Source: Deinococcales bacterium
GTDB lineage: Bacteria; Deinococcota; Deinococci; Deinococcales; JAAFIG01
Direction: 5' to 3'
Length of the DNA stretch: 34,852 bases
Assembly (NCBI GenBank): GCA_043778225.1
Contig: JAYWGM010000030.1
Span: 1 to 34,852 of the forward strand
Of the stretch, positions 27,226 to 34,852 are shown in pieces. The stretch's first letter is position 1; each line of letters starts with the position of its first letter. The translations under genes and the position numbers were made by a program. The notes beneath the pieces were generated by a model. It saw nothing but the letters and a program-made list of their open reading frames with translations. It did no database searches and was not told the origin of the DNA.

Positions 27226-28419
27226 ATGGAATTATCACCACCAGAAACCTTAACCGCCCCAGAAGCCGTTCAGCCCGTTGCGCTCGAGAAAGCCGGTGGG
27301 ATGGTCAAACTTAAACCGGCGCAATTAACCGAACTCGAAGACCGAGCCGATGATTTTGTCGAAGATGTCTTAAAACTCGATGTCCAATCCGATGATTTTA
27401 AGGCGCGAATGGTGGCGATTAACGACCTTGGCAACGCCGAAGCTCGCCAAGCTGCCAGTGTTTCTAACCGCATGATGGATAGACCACTGGCTGCCAGTAA
27501 GGGCTTGCAGGATGGCAATACCCCTGTTTCAAAATCCTTAACTGAGTTGCGTCGAACTGTCGAAGACCTCGACCCAAGTAAGCAAGGTGATATGTTTGCA
27601 CCAAAAAAACTGTTTGGCTTAATTCCATTTGGTGATAAATTACGCGATTACTTCATGCGTTACGAAAGCGCTCAGGGGAATCTCAATAAAATCCTCGAGA
27701 GTCTGTACCGTGGGCAAGACGAACTCCGTAAAGATAACGCCAGCATTGAACAAGAAAAAGTCAATTTGTGGGCAGCCATGCAAGCCTTACAAGGGTACAT
27801 TTATGTTGGGCAGCAAATAGACCTTAAACTCGAGTCTCGAGTGACTGCATTACAAACTTCAGACCCCGAAAAAGCTCGGGTTGTACGTGACGAAATGCTC
27901 TTTTATACCCGTCAGAAAGTTCAGGATTTGTTGGTACAACTCGCGGTTAGCATTCAGGGTTACTTGGCACTGGATTTGGTGCGTAAAAATAATTTGGAAC
28001 TGATCAAAGGCTGTGACCGTGCCAGTACAACCACCGTTACGGCGCTGCGGACAGCCGTGATGGTCGCGCAAGCCCTTGCCAATCAAAAATTGGTACTTGA
28101 CCAGATTAACGCCCTCAACGCCACGACCAGTAATTTAATTGAAGCCACCTCTAAAATGCTGCTCGGGCAATCGGACGCTATCGCCAAGCAAAGCGTCAAT
28201 ACCAGCATTGGCATTGACAGCTTAAAAGCCGCTTTTGATAACATTTACCAATCCATGGATAACATGAGTAATTACAAAGCGGCGGCGCTCGAGAGCATGC
28301 AGCAAACCGTGGGGATACTTGCCGAAGAAGTTGGAAAATCCAAACAATACTTGGATCGCGCTCAAGCTCAGGTGCTGACTTCCGAAGTTAAATCGCTTGG
28401 CGAAGGATACAAAATCTAA
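27226..28419 (+). CDS. telA: toxic anion resistance protein (TelA/KlaA/YaaN family)
   Basis: RBS AAGGAG, a helical protein with L..LR..VEDLDP, KKLFGLIPF, ELRKDN, NNLEL and ALANQK. Confidence 0.85.
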   Translation: MELSPPETLTAPEAVQPVALEKAGGMVKLKPAQLTELEDRADDFVEDVLKLDVQSDDFKARMVAINDLGNAEARQAASVSNRMMDRPLAASKGLQDGNTPVSKSLTELRRTVEDLDPSKQGDMFAPKKLFGLIPFGDKLRDYFMRYESAQGNLNKILESLYRGQDELRKDNASIEQEKVNLWAAMQALQGYIYVGQQIDLKLESRVTALQTSDPEKARVVRDEMLFYTRQKVQDLLVQLAVSIQGYLALDLVRKNNLELIKGCDRASTTTVTALRTAVMVAQALANQKLVLDQINALNATTSNLIEATSKMLLGQSDAIAKQSVNTSIGIDSLKAAFDNIYQSMDNMSNYKAAALESMQQTVGILAEEVGKSKQYLDRAQAQVLTSEVKSLGEGYKI

Positions 28420-29909
28420 TGCACTGGACTCGAGTTTGCGTACTTGCCCTGAGTGTCTTTTTTATTGGGTGCAATGCTGAACCAAGCCGCTTAAATTTAA
28501 TCGCAGGCTCGGAAATTAGGGACCTTGAGCCTATTTTTGCCGAAATGCAAAAAGAAATTGGGATTGAACTTAACATTACTTATGCAGGAACACTCGATGG
28601 TGTCGAACGCATCCGGGGCGGCGAAACCTTTGATGCGGCGTGGTTTTCTCATGCCAAGTACCTGAAATTATCGGCTAAAGAAAAAGTTCAAGCCGAAGAA
28701 CGAATCATGCTTTCACCAGTGGTGCTGGGCGTTAAACGCAGTGTGGTACAAAAACTTGGTTGGAGTGGCAAGAGCATTACTTGGGCAGATATTGCCAAGG
28801 CATCCGAAAGCGGGCAATTGCGCTACGCGATGACCAACCCGACCACTTCTAACAGTGGTTTTACGGCGCTGATGGGGGTTCATTCAGCTTTTAATGGCTC
28901 AAGTGAAACATTAAAGAAGTTTTTCGCAGGGCAACGCTTAACCGCCGGCTCGAGCGGCTGGTTAGCCGAAGCCTTTGTGCGTGACCAAGCTAATTTAGAC
29001 GGCATGATTAACTATGAAAGTGTGCTTTTAAGCATTCAAACTCAGTTACAAGAACCACTCGAGTTGCTGTACCCCAAAGAGGGCATTGTGACGGCAGATT
29101 ATCCGCTTGTGCTGCTGGATAATTCTAAGCGCGAGTTGTATCAAAAAGTCGTGGATTATCTGCGCTTGGATAAAACCCAGAAACGAATCATGGACAGCAC
29201 TTTACGCCGCCCAGCCACAACCAATGTGCCACTCTCGAGTGCCTTCCCAAAAGCCTTGCTGATCGAATTGCCGTTTCCAGCTACTGCCCAAGAAGTGGAT
29301 TCAATTTTAGCCAAATTCTTATCTGACCAGCGCCGACCAGCCCACAGTGTCTTTATTTTGGATGTCTCGGGAAGTATGGAGGGCGAACGGTTTACTTCCC
29401 TTAAAAATTCGATTAAACGCCTCGCAGGAGCAGATACCAGCTTAACAGGTCGATACTCGAGTTTCCAGAACCGTGAAAAAGTCACGATTATCACCTTTAG
29501 CGGCAAGGTCAGCCAGCCAAAAACCCGAACCATTGCGGGTGAAACCACACGCCAAGAAATCAGAGAACAGACCGATGCACTGGTACTCGATGGTGGAACA
29601 GCTATTTATGATGCCTTAAACAGCGCTTATGCGTATCTCGAGGCAACTGTGCCAAATGAACCCAACAACGCCTTTAGTGTGGTGTTAATGACCGATGGTG
29701 AAAACAATACTGGAGCAGTTTACAACGATTTCGCAACTCGCTTTGCCACCTTCTCGAGTACCACCAAAGCCGTTAAACTCTTCCCGATTCTCTTTGGTGA
29801 AGCCAATACCGACGAAATGACCAATCTTGCCAACCTCACTGGCGGACGGGTGTTTGATGGGCGAAAATCACTCGAGAATGCCTTCAAAGAAATCAGGGGT
29901 TATCAGTAA
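28419..29909 (+). CDS. probable lipoprotein: solute-binding-like domain plus C-terminal vWA domain
   Basis: Lipobox-like FFIGC, SPVVLG, NPTTSNSG, YES and DYP; MIDAS LDVSGSM, GGTAIYD and LMTDG. Confidence 0.88.
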   Translation: MHWTRVCVLALSVFFIGCNAEPSRLNLIAGSEIRDLEPIFAEMQKEIGIELNITYAGTLDGVERIRGGETFDAAWFSHAKYLKLSAKEKVQAEERIMLSPVVLGVKRSVVQKLGWSGKSITWADIAKASESGQLRYAMTNPTTSNSGFTALMGVHSAFNGSSETLKKFFAGQRLTAGSSGWLAEAFVRDQANLDGMINYESVLLSIQTQLQEPLELLYPKEGIVTADYPLVLLDNSKRELYQKVVDYLRLDKTQKRIMDSTLRRPATTNVPLSSAFPKALLIELPFPATAQEVDSILAKFLSDQRRPAHSVFILDVSGSMEGERFTSLKNSIKRLAGADTSLTGRYSSFQNREKVTIITFSGKVSQPKTRTIAGETTRQEIREQTDALVLDGGTAIYDALNSAYAYLEATVPNEPNNAFSVVLMTDGENNTGAVYNDFATRFATFSSTTKAVKLFPILFGEANTDEMTNLANLTGGRVFDGRKSLENAFKEIRGYQ

Positions 29910-30520
29910 TGCGCGGATTTTGGTTGTACATTTACTCGGAACGCAATCTGTATGGCTGCTTATTTGCACTGGCTGGCTTAGCACTGTACTTTGCTGGAAT
30001 TATTAAAGACTACTGGTATTTAATCGTGCCGGGCTTGTATTTGGTCGGAATGATGCTCAACCCGCCCAGCCGTGCTGACCTTGAATTAAAAAACAACTTA
30101 CAAGACACAGAAATTAAAAATGCTCTCGAGCAAATGATTGGTAAAGCCAAGCGACGCTTGCCCCCAGAAGCTGTGGCACACTGCGAACGCATCAAAACAC
30201 TGGTGGTCGAAATGCTACCCCGAATTCGCACCGCCCAAGGCACACAAGATGCCTTTGCAATCAAACAAGCCGCACTGGATTATCTGCCGCACACGCTCGA
30301 GAATTACTTGGCGTTACCGCCCGCTTATGCCAATATCCACCCGATAAAAGACGGCAAAACCGCCAAAGTTATTTTGCTCGAGCAACTAACCCTTCTCGAG
30401 CAGAGTGTCCAAGAAGCCAGCAGCAATGTCCTCCAAGGTGATGCCCAGAAAATGCTGGTCAATAGCCGTTTTTTAGAAGATAAATTCGCTAAACCCGAAG
30501 AATTTTTCAAGACCAATTAA
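29909..30520 (+). CDS. two-TM plus helical-domain protein (possibly XpaC-like partner of TelA)
   Basis: Start overlaps the previous stop. Two N-terminal hydrophobic segments, DYLP.TLENY..LP and FLEDKF. Confidence 0.75.
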   Translation: MRGFWLYIYSERNLYGCLFALAGLALYFAGIIKDYWYLIVPGLYLVGMMLNPPSRADLELKNNLQDTEIKNALEQMIGKAKRRLPPEAVAHCERIKTLVVEMLPRIRTAQGTQDAFAIKQAALDYLPHTLENYLALPPAYANIHPIKDGKTAKVILLEQLTLLEQSVQEASSNVLQGDAQKMLVNSRFLEDKFAKPEEFFKTN

Positions 30521-30581
30521 ACCATTTGTCAGGCTTTTGTGACATACACTGCACTGACCTAAGCTGACTAGATTGACACTT

Positions 30582-31466
30582 GTGAATACGTCCGCCAATC
30601 TGCAAAGGCTTGTCTCGGCACTGCCGTATCTACTTCCAGCCCTGCTTATTTTTGGTTTTTTTACTTATTTCCCATTGGCTCGAGTGATTTACATGAGCTT
30701 CACCGATGCAGATTTCCTGAAACCCGTGCCAAATTGGGTCGGGCTGCAAAATTACAGCACGATGTTTGCCTCCCGCGAATTTTGGGGTAGCCTTGGCATC
30801 ACCACGATTTTTGCGCTCGGTGTGACCTTTCTCGAGGTCGGGCTGGGCATGGCGTTGGGCTTTTTAATGAACGCCAAAACTCGAGTCACCCCGCTTTTAC
30901 GGGCGGCTGTTTTTGCGCCAGTCGTGATTTCGATTTCGGCAACTGCAATTACATGGATGTTCTTTTTGAATACCCAAGGCGGACCGGTCAATCAGGCGTT
31001 AGCGGTGGTCGGGATTCCGCCAATCGGTTGGTTTACCGATCCAAAAATTGCGCTGCTGGGCGTGATTATCGTGGCGGTCTGGAAAGGTATCGGGCTACCC
31101 GCCGTGCTGTACTTGGCTGGCTTGCAAGGCATTTCTAAAGAACTCGAGGAAGCGGCAATTGTCGATGGCGCGAACCGCTGGCAGGTCGCTAGCCGCATTA
31201 CGATTCCACTTTTAGCACCAACAACGATGGTGGTCTTTTTTATCAGCCTGGTTGGCACGTTTCAAAGCTACAGCTTGGTGCTGCTTTTAACCAGGGGCGG
31301 ACCGGTTGGTTCGACCAGTTTACTAGGCTATTACATTTACGAAAATGCCTTTCAGTTTTTCCAGATGGGTTATGCCAGTGCTTTGTCGGTGGCGTTGTTT
31401 GTGCTGCTTGGCATATTGGCATTTTTACAATTTAAGGTCTCCGAAAGGCGGGTGCATTACCAATGA
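30582..31466 (+). CDS. carbohydrate ABC permease (UgpA/MalF-like)
   Basis: YLLPAL, VGLQNY, EAA loop (LEEAAIVDGA), TRGGP and YENAF. GTG 30582 lies 7 nt after TAGATT; TTG 30573 is the alternative start. Confidence 0.9.
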   Translation: MNTSANLQRLVSALPYLLPALLIFGFFTYFPLARVIYMSFTDADFLKPVPNWVGLQNYSTMFASREFWGSLGITTIFALGVTFLEVGLGMALGFLMNAKTRVTPLLRAAVFAPVVISISATAITWMFFLNTQGGPVNQALAVVGIPPIGWFTDPKIALLGVIIVAVWKGIGLPAVLYLAGLQGISKELEEAAIVDGANRWQVASRITIPLLAPTTMVVFFISLVGTFQSYSLVLLLTRGGPVGSTSLLGYYIYENAFQFFQMGYASALSVALFVLLGILAFLQFKVSERRVHYQ

Positions 31467-32335
31467 CCGCTGCCGACCGTTTTCGTCAACGCCATCAGAC
31501 ACAGCCAAATTTAAGTAAACGGCTGGCGGCTCGAGTCGAATTAGCGCAAGGGATTATCAGCTTTCTGGTCGCCCTGATTTTTCTTGTGCCGCTTTTATTT
31601 ATGCTTTTGGGGGCGTTCAAAGAACAACGCGAAATTTTTACGGGTGCGTTTATTCCCGAGCAGTGGGTCTGGCAAAATTTTCTCGAGGCGTGGAATGGTG
31701 CGCCATTTGCACGGTACTTTTTTAATTCGCTGCTGGTTTCGGTTATTGTGACAGTCAGTGTGGTGCTGACCTCGAGCTTAGCGGCGTTTGCTTTTGCGCG
31801 GATGAAATTTTATGGGCAGGCGGCTTTATTTTTATTTGTGATCGGACCACTGATGATTCCGGGTGATGTGCTGTTAATCCCTAACTTTATTACGATTCGC
31901 CAATTTGGCTGGCAGAACAGCTACCCAGCTTTAATCGTGCCGTTTTTAGCCAGTGCGTTTGGGATTTTTTTACTGCGCCAAGCCTACTTAAAAACCCCGC
32001 AAGAACTCGAGGATGCCAGCCGCATAGACGGGGCAACCCCATTGCAATTTTTATTTCGGATTCTCATGCCAGTCAATGCGCCATCCTTATCGGCACTGGC
32101 GGTGCTGACCTTTTTGGGCATTTGGAATGCGCTGGTTTGGCCATATATTGCTATTTCCAAAGACGAGTACCGCACCGTGCAAGTTGGCTTAGCCAGTTTT
32201 ATCAACCTCGAGGGCAGCAACGTTCCAGTCGTGCTGGCAGCCACAACCTTAGTTATTTTACCTGTGATGATTGTCTACATTTTTGCACAGAAGTGGTTTA
32301 TTGAAAGTGCGGCTTCAAGCGGCTTAAAGGGCTGA
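31463..32335 (+). CDS. carbohydrate ABC permease (UgpE/MalG-like)
   Basis: YFFNS, FGIFLLRQ, EAA-like loop (LEDASRIDGA), WNALVWP and GLKG end. Confidence 0.9.
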   Translation: MTAADRFRQRHQTQPNLSKRLAARVELAQGIISFLVALIFLVPLLFMLLGAFKEQREIFTGAFIPEQWVWQNFLEAWNGAPFARYFFNSLLVSVIVTVSVVLTSSLAAFAFARMKFYGQAALFLFVIGPLMIPGDVLLIPNFITIRQFGWQNSYPALIVPFLASAFGIFLLRQAYLKTPQELEDASRIDGATPLQFLFRILMPVNAPSLSALAVLTFLGIWNALVWPYIAISKDEYRTVQVGLASFINLEGSNVPVVLAATTLVILPVMIVYIFAQKWFIESAASSGLKG

Positions 32336-32389
32336 AATCTTATTTCGGTGTGTTCTGGCTCGAGGTGACTTGGGTGCAGGGGGTCTGGT

Positions 32390-33622
32390 ATGAAAAAACG
32401 TTTTGTGGCAATGGCAGCAGCATTTGGCGCTGGCGCGGTACTGCTCGGTGGGGCGCTCGGACAAGCTAAGCGCACCGAAGTGACTTTTTTGTATGGCTTA
32501 GGCGGCGAACTTGGCAAAGCCATCGAAGTGATGATTAAAGGCTTTAACGAATCGCAAAGCGATATTACGGTCAAAGGCGAATTTAGTGGACGCGACTACG
32601 AAGCCGTGGTACAAAAAGCCTTGGCGGGTATTGCGGCTGGTGCGCCAGCCGCTGATATTTTGCAACTCGAGGTTTCGTACTGGCCTCGTTTGGCGGCGGC
32701 TGGAGCGCTTGAGGAACTTTCTAAGTTTGACGGCTTTAAGCCAACCTTTGATACCTTCTGGCCCGTCTTTAAGCGCCAAGCCGACCCCGATGGCAACGGC
32801 AAAGTCTTTGCTATGCCGTGGAATAACTCCAACCCAGTCACGTATTACAACCCAGAATTATTGGCTAAATCTGGCGTTAAAGAATCCGACCTTCGCACCT
32901 ACACTGGTCTGCGCGAAGCGGCTAAAAAAATCAAAGCCGCCACTGGTTTGCCAGCCGTTGCCATCGAGAGTTTCCCGTGGGTACTCGAGGGTGCTATTGC
33001 CAGCAACAACGGCGAAATTGTCAAGAACAACCGCCTGAATATGGACAGCAAAGAAGCCATACAGGTAATCGAAAACTGGGCGGGCTTCTTCCGTGACGGT
33101 ACCGCGATTGTCAGCAACGCCAACAGCAACCTCGATTTTTGTGCTGGAAAATTCGCGATTCGTTTTTCATCGGTCGCCAGCCGCCCAAATATCAAAGCCA
33201 ACTGCAAATTTGCCTTTAAGGTTGCGCCATTGCCATACTTCAAAAAGCCGGCTGTGCCTGTAGGCGGCGCGACTCTGGCAATCTCAAAAGTTGCTCCAGA
33301 AAAACAAAAAGCCGCTTGGCAGTTTATCAAATGGTTAGCCCAACCCGAGCAGCAATTCACCTTTATCAAGATGAGCAACTATGTACCGATTACCCGTCCA
33401 ACTTCTGACCTCAAAGCCTTCAAAAATTATATCACTTCTGAACAAGGGCTGGACATGGGTGTGCGCCAATTGCCTTACGCCCGTCCACGCCCAAGCATCG
33501 GTGCATACTTCCAAGTCACCACTGAAACCATCAAGAGCCTCGAGAACATCTACCTCAACAACGCCCCAGTCGAAGTTACGCTCAAAGATTTGGTTAGCCG
33601 CACTGCGCCACTCTTTAAGTAA
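32390..33622 (+). CDS. ABC substrate-binding protein (UgpB-like, CUT1)
   Basis: Signal peptide, FNESQ, AMPWNNSNP..YYN, GGATL, AAWQFIKWL and YVP. Confidence 0.88.
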   Translation: MKKRFVAMAAAFGAGAVLLGGALGQAKRTEVTFLYGLGGELGKAIEVMIKGFNESQSDITVKGEFSGRDYEAVVQKALAGIAAGAPAADILQLEVSYWPRLAAAGALEELSKFDGFKPTFDTFWPVFKRQADPDGNGKVFAMPWNNSNPVTYYNPELLAKSGVKESDLRTYTGLREAAKKIKAATGLPAVAIESFPWVLEGAIASNNGEIVKNNRLNMDSKEAIQVIENWAGFFRDGTAIVSNANSNLDFCAGKFAIRFSSVASRPNIKANCKFAFKVAPLPYFKKPAVPVGGATLAISKVAPEKQKAAWQFIKWLAQPEQQFTFIKMSNYVPITRPTSDLKAFKNYITSEQGLDMGVRQLPYARPRPSIGAYFQVTTETIKSLENIYLNNAPVEVTLKDLVSRTAPLFK

Positions 33623-33630
33623 GGAGACCC

Positions 33631-34464
33631 ATGAACCCACTTATTTTAGGCGCAGCCCTACCGATTTCGGCACTCGAGACCAACCGCGACTGGTTGCACC
33701 AACACGGCGGGCGCGACCTCGAAATTCAAGACCCATGTGTGCCAGCCATGCTCGAGTCCGATTGGAAACCCTTGCTCGAGACGCTCAAAAATAACCTCGA
33801 GGGACACGGCGGACGAGTTGGCATTCACGCCCCGTTCGATGGCTACCAAATTGGTTCTTACGACCCGTTTGTGGGGCAGTTTGTCGCAACCCGAATGCTC
33901 AAAAGCCTCGAGTTTGTGGCAGCCGTTGGCGAAACCCTTGGTGTACGTGCGCCGCATATGGTCTTGCACAGTCCGTTTCTGTTCTTTGGGCATCCGTTGG
34001 TGGCGCACACCGAAGCCACCGATTTACGCCGTCAGATTGGTTTTATCCAGCGCACCCTCGAGCCAGTCTTGAAAAAAGCCACTGAACTTGGTTGTACCTT
34101 GGTGATTGAAAACATCCGCGACACCAACCCCTACGCCTTGCTCGAGACGGTAAAATCTTTTGATTCTGAATTTGTTCGCATGAGTTTAGATGCGGGTCAT
34201 GCTAACCTGATGCACCACTGCGGCGGACCCAAAGCTGACCAATGGGTACGCCAAGCTGGGGCGCTTTTGGGTCATGTGCATTTACAAGACAACGACGGAA
34301 TGCTCGACCACCATTGGCATCCGGGGCAAGGCGATATGAACTGGTGGGCAATCTGCATGGAACTCTCGAAGCTCGAGCATAAGCCGCGTTTGATTCTCGA
34401 GTTGCGCGACCACAATGTTCAAAAATCCGCCAAATGGTTTAACGACCACGAACTAGCACAATAA
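33631..34464 (+). CDS. sugar phosphate isomerase/epimerase-family TIM-barrel metalloenzyme
   Basis: RBS AAGGAG; GIHAPF, VLHSP, IEN, LDAGHA, HVHLQDNDG..DHH..PGQG and LE metal ligands. Confidence 0.85.
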   Translation: MNPLILGAALPISALETNRDWLHQHGGRDLEIQDPCVPAMLESDWKPLLETLKNNLEGHGGRVGIHAPFDGYQIGSYDPFVGQFVATRMLKSLEFVAAVGETLGVRAPHMVLHSPFLFFGHPLVAHTEATDLRRQIGFIQRTLEPVLKKATELGCTLVIENIRDTNPYALLETVKSFDSEFVRMSLDAGHANLMHHCGGPKADQWVRQAGALLGHVHLQDNDGMLDHHWHPGQGDMNWWAICMELSKLEHKPRLILELRDHNVQKSAKWFNDHELAQ

Positions 34465-34477
34465 CCTGTCCTAAACC

Positions 34478-34540
34478 GTAGGGGCGGGCGACCCTGCCCG
34501 TGAGGTGCGTGTATTGGGTCAAGACAGGCTTGCCTCGCCC
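34478..34540 (+). repeat. degenerate GTAG-type REP-like hairpin
   Basis: GTAGGGGCGGGCGACCCTG...CAGGCTTGCCTCGCCC; shares the GTAGGGGCG start with the element at 17580. Confidence 0.5.
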
Positions 34541-34558
34541 AAAACCCCAAGGAGTCCC

Positions 34559-34852
34559 ATGAAAAAAATAATCGTTGGTTTATATTGTGGTTGACTTAGG
34601 CGACCGTATCAACGACCTTAACTCCGCCACTGATGCAATGATTCAACAAGCTCTGCAAGCCATTTTTGCCAGTGTCGCAGCACCTCGAGTTCATTTATTG
34701 GGCAATCATGATGTGGTGAACCTGTCGGATGCTGAAAATGCTGCCTTACTACTGAGTACACTGTTAAATAAATTCGTAGAATTTTTGCGAGCTATGCGAG
34801 TGAACACAAAGTACATTGTTGACGAGTGCGGAGACTCTTTGGAGCGAAGCGG
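34559..34852 (+). pseudogene. frameshifted calcineurin-like metallophosphoesterase
   Basis: RBS AAGGAG with ATG 34559 gives MKKIIVGLYCG*. The +1 frame reads IVVDLGDRIND...LLGNHD (motifs II and III), and motif I (DxH) is absent. Confidence 0.7.

Noticed and set aside
458..34072. Numerous 60-210 aa ORFs nested in or antisense to the called genes
   Set aside because: No recognisable motifs or translation signals; typical shadow ORFs.
1..34852. tRNA, rRNA, transposase, integrase or phage genes
   Set aside because: None recognisable in the sequence or the ORF track.

Overview
Bacterial DNA of about 50% GC, most likely from a low-GC member of Deinococcota. That placement is an inference from the protein repertoire, several leaderless-type TANNNT-N6/7-start promoters and a glmS ribozyme. 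The left part (1-11.8 kb) holds an SmtB/ZiaR-type repressor with a divergent Zn/Cd P1B-ATPase and a clear SmtB-type operator, an HDAC-family deacetylase, four perfect DnaA boxes with no dnaA in the window, a BTAD-AAA-TPR regulator, arginase, a stand-alone acidic/coiled-coil/RG-repeat protein, and glmS preceded by a variant glmS ribozyme. The right part (11.8-34.8 kb) looks like an organophosphate-scavenging island. It carries four ABC uptake systems, an IclR regulator, YmdB-like, GDPD and PHP hydrolases, a broken calcineurin-like phosphoesterase, a TIM-barrel enzyme and a four-gene SBP/TelA/SBP-vWA/membrane module. Five promoters in the island share a TGACA-type unit 9-10 bp upstream of a -10 element, in three cases as 11-bp-periodic direct repeats (Pho-box-like). 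The palindrome CTCGAG occurs about 215 times by eye count versus about 8-9 expected, while GATC and GGCC appear strongly depleted. All counts and alignments were done by eye, and no database searches were run.
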